Positions 1 to 12,130 of a stretch of DNA of 64,000 nucleotides are shown one piece after another; the first letter of the stretch is position 1, and each line of letters starts with the position of its first letter. The position numbers and the translations under genes were made by a program. Source of the DNA: Neophaeotheca triangularis (lineage: Eukaryota); contig BAAIJX010000021.1 in the NCBI GenBank assembly GCA_054600435.1, positions 124,001 through 188,000 of the forward strand. Reading direction: 5' to 3'. The notes under the pieces are model-generated. The model ran no database searches and was not told where the DNA came from. It saw only the letters and a program-made list of their open reading frames with translations.

Positions 1-1312
1 GCCGTCCTCGTTGATAGCGGCCAGCTGCTCGACGACGTAGTTATGATACCGGTTGAACATGATCAACAGACATCCAACGCCAGGAGGAAAACTCAAAAGG
101 CGGGTCTCCGAGAAGCAATCCGGCTTGATCTTGCCGTCTTTGAAAGTTCGCATCTTTTGCTGCTCGCTCCAATTGCTACCGTACAGGGGAGCGAGGTCGA
201 GATATGACGATGTTGTCGACATGCGGTAGTCGGTGTGACTTGTCCTGAAGCAATCGTGGATGATGATAGAGGCAAGATTGAAAAGCATGCTGGAGATTCT
301 GTTGGGGTGTAATTCGGGCTTCTTTCTTGCCAGAAGTGTATCAAACAATACTGCAGGGTCTGGTAGCGATCCGGGCTGCATGGTCTTCGGTGCTACAGTT
401 CTGGCGTACGGCATATCTGCTGCCCCCAGGCTTGGGTTGACGAAACTGTTTCCTCTACCATCCGGATGACGGAATTCGAATTCTGGTGTCATCAAAACCT
501 GAGGAGGGTGATCGAGATCGTTCCAAAGAGCCGTCAAAAAGCTGTCTGTAATCTTCTTGCTGGCAAGATTGTCGGGTAACTTGGCGGCGGCTTGAATCAG
601 ATACTCCATCTTGTACTCGCGATCGTTCATTGGTAGTCCAAGCTTCATGTTGACGCCAGTCGACACCACGTCTTTGACTGACTTGAAACCGAGTATTCGA
701 GCATCTCGTAGCACATCGCGGATATCGTAGTCGAATTCGTCGTCAGAGCTTTGCTCAAGCGTCGTCCCGTTACCAGTCTCTTTGGGTAAGGGTGCCTTTA
801 TGGCCTTGAGGAGGGTTCGCATCTGCTCGAGTGATGCTCCCGCCTTTCGACGCAACAGTGTAAGATGGGAACTTGGCTCTGGCTCTGAAGGAATCTGGAA
901 CCCATTGGCGTACGGACTGGGAGTGCCTGGCTGAGAGATGTTTTTAACAAACTCCCCTGCTCCCTGGCGTATACTGTCAAGCATTGAAAGGTCGTCCTTC
1001 TTCTCGGCGGGTTTAACGCCATTAACCTCCAGGGACTTCATCTTGTACCTACTATAAAAACGTCAGTGGTTGGGCGCTGAAGACACTCCGCAACTTTTAC
1101 AATAGCTGTTGGATGCTCATTGCTCTCCGCCATTTTGAGGGAGACGTTCCAGTCCGGGCACGCCGACTCCTGAATCGCTCCAGCAGGCCGATGGAGCGTG
1201 GTCTTGAGTGGCCGTCTGTTGCGCTTAAGCTTCTTATCGATTTTCCAAGACCCGAGGAGACCAATGGGTTTTCTTCTACGCTGTCGGAAACCGCCATATC
1301 TTCATGAGACAT
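1..1312 (-). CDS. Ppo / linoleate diol synthase-type fatty acid dioxygenase (heme peroxidase domain); 5' part only, runs off the window start
   Basis: Manual minus-strand translation from 1041 down to 1 is open: ...LWNDLDHPP...HPDGRGNS...LGAADMPYART...LPDPAVLFDTLLAR...HPNRISSMLFNLASIIIHDCFRT...SSYLDLAPLYGSN...DGKIKPDCFSETRL...LLIMFNRYHNYVVEQLAAINEDG, typical of fungal Ppo/LDS. A probable first exon 1312-1101 joins in frame via a GTAAAA...CTGAC...TAG intron. Missing from the ORF track because it has no stop in the window. Confidence 0.9.
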
Positions 1313-2617
1313 TTCGGTTGTGTTGCAATTGGACGCAGCGACGGTGGACCCGCTTTCGTCGTAGTCCCTGGGAAATGATGTCGAGCCAAAACAAACCCTG
1401 AGGGTCAGTAAAGCTGCATTTGACCGGTTGTGCTATGAGCATCCTAGGTAACCACGGTTTCGTATGGTTCCTGCCCGAGCGGACTGTAGCTTGGCAAGCC
1501 GGTATAGCTGATCCGAACCGAAACACCTTTAAAAGACGACAACCTTAGAGAGCGATTTTAATGTATTTGACTTACTTAATTGAGTACGCCTGCAGTAAGC
1601 GTCAGCGGTACGGGCAAATGCTGTAACGATGAGCTTCAACAGAGTCTGGCGCAAGATGGTGTTGCAGGTGTCTTGGGATTCGAAAAGAGCGCGACAGTAT
1701 GGAATGATAGTGCAACCATGGGCGGTTGTGAGATGCCTTATATGCTGTGGCTACCGTAGGGAGCCCGCCCAGGAACGGGGGAGCCAAACCAAAAGCAGCG
1801 TCGGATGAGAAAAAAGAGCAAGAAGAGCAAGCAACTACGCCAATTGGTCCAGCTCACAGCCGCAGCTGAGGTCAATGGTTTGGGGCCGCTGAGCCCGTAT
1901 TCGGTCGGCAGCTTGCACCGCTGCTTATCGCTATACAACAACACCTTAAAATGCAAGCTGCCTACCTAGGTACGTATGTAATAGGTGAGGTGGTGGTGGC
2001 GAGAGGCCTGCAAGTCAGCGTGGACGTTGCTGCGCACCTGGGCAGTACAGGGGGCCGTTTCCTAGTCTTATTAATGATATGGAATGGCAGACATGCATCG
2101 ATGCGATCAAGTCCGGAGGGCGGCCCCAGGTACGGCCAGAGATTTTCAGAAACGTTCCAACAAGTCGCTCGGGTATTTCCTTGACTAGTAGCCTAGTAGG
2201 TAGTAGTGGAGGTAAATATTCATGGCCCCTCCATACCTGATAGGTATCCTAAGAGGCACATGAGCAACACTTTGCAACATACTTTGCTGTGCTTAGTAGA
2301 GGCACAATGTAAGGCATATATCTCTCAGCCTCGGTAGCTGAGATACAACGAGGTATAAGCACTAGTAAGGTAAGGTAAGGTAAGGTAGTCAGGAAGGAAC
2401 CCTGGGTTATCAGTATATATGCGGCGGCGGTGATTGGCTGTAGCTGAAGTTGGGCTAACAAAAAGCCCTCTTTACCTTACCTTACTCGGCTGTGTACAAG
2501 TAGAGTACTCGAGTACTGCCACACCCAATACCGATCACCAACAGCAACCGAGACAACAGCGACAACTCGTAATTGCACAGCCTCGCGAGCATTTAACTGC
2601 TTACAAGGCTGCCGGCA

Positions 2618-3648
2618 ATGGCATCTAAACCAGTGACCCTGCAGGTCAAGCCTCGAAGTACGCTGACACGAGATGCAGAAAGCAGCTACTCACCATGGAT
2701 ACTGACTGATCCGTAGGCAAGCGTATACCCAATCTGCCGAGTGAGACCAAGACGTACCTTCAGGGCAGTGCCAGCGACCTCTACCACCGCATAGCAGCCG
2801 AGTCCAGCTTCTCCATCCACAGACTGCGTCTCTCCAAGGCAGACGACGGCACTGCTATACCCAATGACAAGAATGTGACAGTGGACAGTCTAGGTCTCAA
2901 AGATGGAAGCGCGGTACAAGTCAAAGACCTAGGTTTGTGACCTCTAATTCCCTAACGGCCGACTTTCCACTGACAACTCGTAGGACCTCAGATAGCCTGG
3001 CGAACCGTCTTCATAATCGAATACCTAGGTCCCCTCCTCATCCACCCCCTATTCTACTTCCTCCGACCGTACATCTACCGCGGCGCGCCAACGCAAGCCT
3101 CGACGGACCAATTTTTCACCATGGCCATGCTGTTCTTGCACTTCTTCAAGCGTGAGCTCGAGACCCTTTACGTACATCGCTTCAGTCTGGCAACGATGCC
3201 GGCGCGAAACATTTTCAAGAACTCGCTACACTACTGGGTCCCCGGCGGTGTCCTCATCGCTTACTTCTCGTACTCGCCGAACTCGGTGACCGCAAAGGCC
3301 AGCAACCCGTTGCTCACGTACGCTGGTCTGGCTCTATTCGCCATTGGTGAGCTGGCCAACGCCAACGCACATTTGGTCCTTCGGGGATTGAGGAGCCCGG
3401 GAGGTACCGAGAGAGGCGTGCCAAAAGGCTTCGGGTTTGACTGGGTCACTTGTCCCAACTACCTCTTCGAGACTGTTGCATGGTTGGGTATCTTGATGGT
3501 GAACAGGCACTGGTCGACGGCCTTTTTCATCGTGCTCGCGGTTGGGCAGATGGCTTTGTGGGCGAAAAAGAAGGAGAACAGGTACCGTAAGGAGGGAGGT
3601 GCGAGCTACGCGAAGAAGAAGTACGCAATGATACCGGGAATTTGGTAG
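2618..3648 (+). CDS. TSC13: Very-long-chain enoyl-CoA reductase (ubiquitin-like N-terminus plus steroid 5-alpha-reductase C-terminal domain)
   Basis: Spliced (introns 2658-2716 and 2933-2983): MASKPVTL...VKDLGPQIAWRTVFIIEYLGP...HFFKRELETLYVHRFSLATMP...NSLHYW...VTCPNYLFE...MIPGIW. Confidence 0.95.
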
Positions 3649-6249
3649 AGGGAGCTGAGTAAGATTAGACTCGTCAGACTCAAGGGATGAAGCGACGTGA
3701 GCTACCGGAAGCATCGTTGTACAGTGTGTACATGAAGAGCACGAGAATCCGAGAACTATGCACAGGGTCATGGTCAAGCCGCTCGAAAAGCCCCATCAAT
3801 TCCGGCTTTTCTTCTTAGCACTGCCCCCACCACCACCTAAACTCTCCCTGCCCTTACTCCTCGAGTTGCCGTCTCTAGCGGCATCCGCATTGCCCTCATC
3901 TCGTGCGACTTCCTTCCCTTTGCCCTTGCTGGCTCTCCTTGAGCTCTCCCCTTCCCGCGAAGGAAAGGGGGTGCGGTCCTCGGGCCAGTCGATTTGTGCA
4001 AGTTCTTCTTCGGCGGTGAAACCAGCAATGACATTGTGGAAGTGAAGTCTTGTCTGAGTCAAAGACTTTGGTGGAAAGTAAGCGTGATGCTCTACTTGAA
4101 TGTAAAGATACGTAGCTCACCTCGCATGAGTAATCAGAGCGAGATGGAGCTTTGCACGTGACATACCTCGCACCGTTGAAACGAATGCCAGCTGAGCTTT
4201 TCGTAGCTCTGCAGAATCTCGGCCGCATCGTCCCTCTCTGACAAGGACTTGAACGACTCCGGTGATGGCTCCGGTCGCTTCGAAGCTCGGGATGAAGAGG
4301 CCATGGATAATCTTGCGGAGGATCAGTAATTGCAAATCCCCAGAACAAGGATTTCCCCTCCGCCTTTATCAAGATTCAAGGGGGACAGGGTGAACAGCTC
4401 CTTGATGATGAGGTGAGCGTAATTGGTCTCCTGCTGTGATGCCACGTGCAAATGGTTCCCGTCCCCTGCCTCGCTACTGCGCGAGTCGGCTTGGTTCCAT
4501 GGTATTGGGTTGGATGGGGTGACAGATCGTTTCTGGAGAACAAACACACTGCCTAGGTACTACTCTCTCGGGTCACCTGTCGGGGAAGATATTCCGTTTC
4601 GCCAGCCGCGTGGTGAAGCTGCTGGATCGCGAGGACCACGAGGAGGGCGGAGTCTAGTAACAAATGAATTCTGTGCTGCTACCGTCGAGTTTGCGCAAGG
4701 CGCTCTAGAACGAGGAACGAACAGATGATTGATCCGAAATTGATTCTACAATACTTGAGACTTGACCCGATGGTTGACGAAGTGCAACTGCCCCCACTTG
4801 CACTTGCCAAGAAAACTCCGCGAAACTTGGGTGCAACTGCAACCGCAGGCTTCTACGTGTATCTTCTCCTTCCAAATTTCCCAAGCACGCAGATACATGG
4901 GATACTGTACCTATCATGCTTGAGAGACAATGAAAATGGTTTCTCGCATACCTACTATAGCACGTCTTGTCCCACGGACTGCAAGTTGAAGGTTGAGAGG
5001 CAAACCGACCTTCCTCAGGATGCAACTTTGAAGGAATCTACTGCAAGCATTAGTCTGCCAATAGACCGTGAGAGCACATGGATATACGCACCGCAAGGTG
5101 TAGAAGATGAGACAATCATCGTACCTCCCGCCAAAGATTTGTGGGAGATGCCAACCTTGTCGGAGCAAGGCAAAGGCGATTGTTCCATGAAGCCCTCACT
5201 CCTGCCGCGCGACAGCTTTCTGAGCCTCATGCTCCATCTGCGACTGTCTCGTCGTTATCGGCGCTAGTGTGTGGACAGTTTCCCTTCGAGAGCGCCAATC
5301 GGTCGTTATGTAGCTGGCCAGGAACTACCACTACTAGGACTTTCAAAAGCGGCTAGAGACAAGCCACAGCGTCTAGCTGTTCTCGATTTCTCTTGGAAAT
5401 ATTCATGTGTCCCTGGCGGCGATGTTGACACCTTCCTTTCTGGCTTCGAAAACAGACCTTCCCTAGCTTGCCCGGGAGCGTCTCAACCGCTTGCAGCTTA
5501 TCTTTGGGTAAAGGCTGGGGCAACAATATTACACAAAGTCACTTCGTTCCAGCCATCGAACGTACGGGGGTTTCAACGGCAGTTTGTCGTTCATGACTGC
5601 CTGGCGAGACGAGCTGAAGAACAGCTTTGGCGGGACTTCACCTTGGTCATCCTATAGAGTCTTGTTTCATGGACCGTGCAGAATCCATGTCTCCGGGCCA
5701 TTCAGCGATAGCGCAGTTGCTTGAGAAGTCGAGATAGGTCTTGACCTTAAAGACCTTCCCCTTCCAGACGCCCCCGTAAATCATCCCCGTGTTTCGGGCG
5801 ATAGCTCACGGCGGTTGAATGATCGAGTGCTCGAGCCTCGCAGCTAACCCCCTTGGTGGCTTTAGAGGCGTCGCGCTTGGAAGCAAACCCATCCTTGGCA
5901 GATAGGCCAACGAGGCAAAGGCCACGATATTCTTTACTCTTAAGTCGCAATTATCGATCGGAAAGCCCATGAGAGCGGCGAAAAGTAGCTACTGTCATCG
6001 TGGGATGAGCTACTCACACATGCATCTCCTTGCACTTCAGCCCGGCATCTTATGAAACTGATGACCATTGCTGCCACTTGTAGCCTCATAGAAGCGGCAG
6101 GTGCATCATGGTAGACCCAATCACTGCTATCGAGCATATCCGACCATGCCGCACACGGCGCAGTCTCTTTTCGATACCTATGGAGGTCTGCCTCGCTTCC
6201 CCATACCGAGAAAGTGATGTACAATCCCCAAGGTAGACGCCAAACTCGC

Positions 6250-6300
6250 GCAAGCTAAAATGCAAGCTCAAGGCAAGCTCAAGGCAAGCTCGAGGCAAGC
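6250..6300. repeat. 11-bp tandem repeat GCAAGCTCAAG, about 4 copies with variants
   Basis: gcaagctaaaat gcaagctcaag gcaagctcaag gcaagctcgag gcaagc. Confidence 0.8.
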
Positions 6301-7004
6301 ATTGGTACCAAGTTTGACTTTCCGGAGTTCGTCAAAAGCAGCGAATGACTGCGTTGCCTCGGCAGACAAGCTCTACAGAGTGATTGCGCACAAGAGCGTG
6401 CGCATGTCTGCCTCTCGGGTGTCTATGCAGATCGCCGCCTTGCTCACTCACCTTCACCTGCACTTCGTGCGGTCTAGACGGGTCTCTCGCTGTTTCTTGC
6501 ATGAGGTGCGCGAAAGCCGTGATTAAGGTTCCTTGTGAGTTGCTAAGATAAACTCCAGATCTGGGGTATCTGTGGGGACTAGCGACGGTATCATCGTATC
6601 ACGGTATCTTGTGGTATCCGCCAGAGCTCGCATGGTTTACAAGCAATACCTAGTCGATACGCTGCGGGAATGTCACCAACCATCCGTTAGTTGACAGGCA
6701 TACCGCAGCTAGATGTGATGAGTGTGCGGGTTAGCTGAAGCATGCCCGCAATATGCGCCTTGGTCCTGTGGAGCCCCTCGACGGCCCCAGGCTCGTATGC
6801 TGAAGCCGGGTCCCATCATCTGATCAGTCGAGCCAGCACATACCATACCGATACTGGAATGAGAATGCAGACCTTGCCCCGAGTTCTATAGAAAGGACGT
6901 TTCCTCCCCTCGCCGGCTCGAGAGAGAATCAGTAGAAGCCTCTTGCACAGTCCTAGCCCCTCCCCCTTTACCTCAAGCCATCTCCTCCATCCCGCTCCTG
7001 CTCA

Positions 7005-8806
7005 ATGGCGGAAAAATACACCGTCACCAACACGCTCGAGGCGCCCGTGTTGTCAAAGAATGAAGCCGTCCACCTCGAACGAACCCTCTCCGAACAGTCT
7101 GAAGCCATCAACGATGCTCGCATCGCGGCCTTTACGGAGAAAGAGCAGCGCAGGATCATCCGCAAGATCGACTTTCGCCTTGTCCCAACGCTCGGGTTCA
7201 TGTACTGCGTCAGCCTGATGGATCGTACCAACCTTGGTATCGCCGTCGTCGGTGGCATGGGATACGACCTGGCTCTTGTAGGCGCTCGCTACAGCATCAT
7301 CGTGCTCCTCTTTTTCATCACCTACGTTGCACTGCAGCCTCCAGCTACCGTCATCCTGCGCAAAGTCGGACCCAAAGTTTTCCTCCCGACCATCACTGTA
7401 CTATGGGGTATTGTGATGGTCGGCTTCGGCTTCGTGAAGGAATGGACGACACTCCTCCCGCTCCGTCTTCTTCTCGGCATCTTTGAAGCTGGTGAGTTCA
7501 TAATTGCTCCTCTCCAACAGACCATTCGCTTACACTATTCCCCTAGGGTTCTTCCCGGGATGCGCCTTCCTCCTTTCTACATGGTACCCGCGCTACGAAC
7601 TACAGAAGCGGAACGCTGTGTTCTACTTGATAGGGTCCATGTCGTCAGCATTCTCTGGTATACTGGGGTTCGGTCTAACGAAGATGAATGGTCTCGGTGA
7701 CCTTGGCCCAGCCTACGGGCAACACTATGGTCCTACAGAGCTTGACCCTACCGCTGAGAGCGGAATCATGGATGGCATTGCTGGATGGCGATGGATGTAA
7801 GTTTGACCAAGGACGTCCGAACACTTCTTCCAGACGCTAACAACGTCCAGCTTCATTATGCAAGGCCTCATTACCGTTGCGGTGGGCGTGGTTGGTGCCT
7901 TCTTCATCGTTGACTTCCCCGAGAACGCAGCCAAGAAGACCACAGCTCTATCGATGGCTTTCCTCACTCCAGAAGAGGCCGATTTCGTTGTCGCTCGCAT
8001 TGAGAAAGACCGCCACGACGCCATTGCCGAACCCTTTAATCTGAGGCGCTACCTGGCCGGTGGGCTCGATCTCAAGATCCTCGGGTTCGCCATGCTCTTC
8101 ATGCTGACCACCACCACCACCTATGCCATTGCGTATGCCGCCCCGTTCCCAAAACTCTCATCATGAAGACGCTAACGTGAAGATTGCAGATACTTTTTGC
8201 CAATCATCCTCAAGGACGGCATGGGCTTCTCGACCGCCATGGCACAATGCCTCATCGCCCCTCCGTACGTCTTCGCCGCCATTGTCATGTTCGCATGTGC
8301 CTGGGTGGGTGACAAGTACCACGTCCGTGGGCCCATCGTCATCTTCAACGCGCTTCTCGGTGTCGTCGGACTTGCTCTCCTTGGCTTTTGTGAAAACAAT
8401 GCTGCCCGGTACATCGGAGTCTTTTTGGCTACCACCAGCGCCAACGCAAACGTTCCTGCAGTCCTCACCTACCAGGCCAACAACATCCGTGGCCAGTGGA
8501 AACGTGCTCTGTAAGTACTCGTTGACCCCTCGCTTGACCACCGTGAGCGATCACTAACAACCCTCGTTAAGTGCATCAGCGACCCTCGTTGGAGCAGGCG
8601 GTATTGGTGGTATCATTGGCGGTACAGTCTTCAGGGAGGAGGACAAGCCTAACTACGTGCCCGGTGTCATCGCTACTTTGCTCGCTTGCGTTTTGACAGT
8701 TGTCATCACCCTTCTGTTGACGCTTAAATTTCATCGGGCGAACAAGAGGGCCGCAGCTGGTGGTAAGATCATTGAAGGCCTTGAAGGATTCAGGTACACC
8801 TTGTAG
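7005..8806 (+). CDS. MFS transporter, anion:cation symporter family (allantoate/nicotinate/phthalate permease-like)
   Basis: [47 protein letters not shown] and C-terminal GFRYTL*. Introns about 7492-7546, 7797-7850, 8133-8189 and 8511-8571. Confidence 0.93.
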
Positions 8807-9083
8807 ATAGTCGGGAATATTGAAGTTTCGCGGTACACTGTCATTAAAAATCGTACCTTCCGCTGCCTCTTTAGACTGACATATCGTAGATGGAACAATG
8901 TCAACTTGTAGCGACCATTATCTTCATTTCAGGGGTACTTACCTGTTCGGCCTCCCCAGTCACATGCAGGACTGCATGCGTTTTTTGCTGCCCATGCTCA
9001 TCGCCGGCACTAACTAAAAAGGGGCAGCTACCTTCCAGTCTTTAGTATACCGAACCACCGCACTGCAGACATTACTGCCTTCA

Positions 9084-9298
9084 GGATTCTTGGTGTAGTG
9101 GAGCACAGCTCGTTAATACACTCGACGGGGGGCACCCCGGTAACCACACCTCACCCTCCACTGGCCCCAAGCGCCATTCTTCCCGATGCTTAGCCGTCAA
9201 AGTGAGGCCCTTAGCGGCCAGTGCGCGCGTGCACTTTGGGTTACAGTGAGTAGTGCTACCGCAACGAGCAGGCCTTGGTTCGATCCCAAGAGAGTCCA
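9084..9298 (+). tRNA. Atypical tRNA (AAT anticodon, nominally Ile) with a 145-nt intron (9119-9263)
   Basis: Acceptor GGATTCT/AGAGTCC+A; D stem GTGT/GCAC; anticodon stem GCTCG/CGAGC with loop TT-AAT-A^A; variable AGGC; T arm CTTGG-TTCGATC-CCAAG; followed by T-tract terminators (9303-9315). Confidence 0.8.
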
Positions 9299-9511
9299 AT
9301 TCTTTTTGCCTTTTTGATGTTGGTTAATCAACTTGATGCCCAGTACGGCTCCTCGAGCAAGCGCCGACTAGAGGCAGGCACTTTGGCTCTCGAGAATGCA
9401 TAGTAAGTGAGTAGGACCGTAGAAAAGAGGCAAATCCTGCACATGTTCGGAAAGTCTGGGACAAACTTGAGATACATTCCTTCGCCTTCACGCTCCCTCT
9501 ATACTACATAT

Positions 9512-10326
9512 CTACAAAGTGTCGGAGAGCAGCTTGTTCATGCGGGCCATCTTGGCGGAGACGGAAAGGTCGATGGTACGGTCGCCAATCTCGACAATGA
9601 GACCACCACGGATATCCGGGTTGACCTGGTTATGATTAGCATTAGGACTTCTCTTTTGTCCAACGTGGTCACGGAGCGCGACGTGAATGGTGTAGACAAA
9701 CCTTTGGCACAACCTTCAACTTGTTTCCCTGTCCAACGTATTGGCTCTTGCTAACGGCAGTCTCCAATTGCCTAACCGTCTTCGCATCCAGAGGCGCAGC
9801 AGAAGTGATTGTCATCTCGACCTCGCCCCTGGAGGCACCCATCAAAGCCTCAAACTTGTCGCATACACCCTCAAGGACACTGAGGCGGTTGTTCTCGGCC
9901 AGGGTGTCGAGGAAGTTCTTGACGGTGCCCTCCTTGTCGGTGCCGCCAATGCTCTTCTGCAATTCGGCGACAATCTGCTTCTTGTCGTCCACGCTGAGCG
10001 TCGGGGCCTTGAGGATGGTGTTGAGGCGAGCGTCCTGCTTGAAGGTGTTGGCCAAAGAAGTCAGGGAGCGGGCGACGTTGTCGAGGGATTGCTGCTTGGC
10101 GGCCGCGGTGTACTATTGCGCGGACATGTTAGCCCTATAAGTATCCTTTGCGCAATCCTCTTCCGAGTCTGCGTACCAGGGCGCTGGCGTAGGTGCCATC
10201 GACACCGAACAATGGGATCGGGGGCTTGGTGTTGGCAGCGGCCTCGGCGTAGCCTCTGATGGCGGTGGTCTGAAAACGGGGAGCGGCCACACGGGCGCCC
10301 CTGACGGCAGCACGGCTGGCGAACAT
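9512..10326 (-). CDS. ATP5: Mitochondrial ATP synthase OSCP subunit
   Basis: MFASRAAV...PPIPLFGVDGTYASAL|YTAA...NFLDTLAENNRL...VNPDIRGGLIVEIGDRTIDLSVSAKMARMNKLLSDTL. Introns 10176-10113 and 9701-9626. Confidence 0.97.
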
Positions 10327-12130
10327 GATGAGTGGAGTCGGAGGAGGTATGGTGTCACGGGATGGGCGGCGGAGTGGTGGTTGCGGTCGCTGAGGAGGCA
10401 GATTGGACGTCAAGCTGCTCCCCGCTTGATCTTCGGACGACTTTCTCTCCCGGAATTTACCGGGACCCGACTTCACCTCACCTCACTCACGATCGCACAT
10501 ACCAAAGTCCGTATCGCGAAGGGTACTATAGTATCAATTAATAACAATGTTCTGCGCTAAAACAACCCTTCAAATCGCCTCCAGAGCTTACGCCTTTCCA
10601 CACTGAATCCATGCCTGGTCATCGTCGTATCCACGCTGAACAAATCATTGATGAACACTGAGGACATTGAAAAGTCATGGGACGCAGTGAAATCTATCCA
10701 AGTGCGCACGTCCGACGAGCAAGACTTTGAAATAACGGGCGAGAGCGTTGGGTCGGGTGGTCATCGTCGAAGGGTGGCGGCGAGAGCGAGTGCAGGGCTC
10801 TCCGTCCTCACCATCTTGGCCGTGGGTTCAGCGCCCAGTGAACACCTGGCCGGGGCGCCGACTTTTCAAGGGAAGACGACTTTGTAGACATATGCAGTCG
10901 TGGTGCTGAGAATCGATTGAGTCTGTGTAAAGATCTGCGTTCTTATAACTCATTCATGTAATGCAAAATCTGGTAGGTTCCATTCTCGGCCTTTTAATGC
11001 ACAATCTCCCTCACCTCACTGCGATAGCCATTTACTCCGCCGTTGGGCTTGAGGTAATACACTATGCTGTCAACCTTCAGAAAGTACTTGATTGCCAGTC
11101 ACATTGACAGTAATCCCTCTGCTTTGAGGGCAGAACTGTCAGACATGCCTTGTCTCTCTCCGGACTTTACTTTCAATTACCCTCATGCTGGACACTTTGC
11201 ATCTTCCCGGCCGGCCAACGGTGACTGCCGCGAGGGAAATCAGCGCTGCCGCGCACGCAGGTAGGTCGTAGGTAAAACTACCTGCTTCCTACACCTCTAA
11301 CTGCTCGGTCACTTTGCAGGCAGAGCCAAGATGCCCGACGTCAAGCCTCACCAAGTGAACCAAAGATGCTCAGGGCACGGACTGTGTCTACTATTCTCAA
11401 GGTCAGAATTGAGCATACGCCTGCTATTGTCCTTTACAGTATCAATAGCCCCAGCCACCGCGAACTGCACGCCATGGCTATGCGGTCAGCCACCGCAGTT
11501 TCCTACCAATCCCAATGGAAACTGTCGCTAAATAAAGCTCTTGAGCTCAACTAGCGTCAGAGCTATCTCTGTATGCAAAATGTCTCGGCATTGGTTAAAC
11601 CGACTTCAACGAAGCTGACATTTATACAGCGACTACCATCACACCACTCCACGGGCAGCCTGCATCAATCAAAGACCTGTCAGATGTCGCGACAGAGCGT
11701 GCGATTCTGCTCGTGCAACTTTCATGCAACTGCGACTTCCATCACCGGCGCAATGGCTTCGGAGAGCAAGACCTTGCCTTCAATGGCTTCGACTCACTTT
11801 GAACGACTCTGCCATCCAGACTTCACTGTGGACGAGCTAAGAATACCTTTACTCGACAATAGCAGGCCACAATGCTTGGTCTATTGTCGAGCAAACGCAT
11901 ATACTCTTCCTGCGTTCCTTCTCCTCTTCTTCCTCCCAGATCTTTCCTACCTTTCCTACCAGCACGCTTTCCCATTGCATTCTTCGAGTTTTCCTTCAGC
12001 ATACCATCATCTTGAACAGAGCTGGTCTCTTTTACCTTCAGCATACGCCTTACTACAGCCCTTCCATCAATCTCAGCAGGCCTGAGTCAATCTCATCATT
12101 ACCACAAATAAGCCTACGTCGCCTACCAAG

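Noticed and set aside
1960..2490. TAGG/GTAAG-type short repeats and palindromes (also near 58715-58780 and 61948-61975)
   Set aside because: Low-complexity motifs recurring in intergenic DNA; no spacers, terminal repeats or target-site duplications, so neither CRISPR nor a transposon.
9149..9223. HDV-like ribozyme in the tRNA intron
   Set aside because: The crossing-stem order is similar, but the P1 G1, P3/L3, P1.1 and J4/2 consensus elements are not evident.
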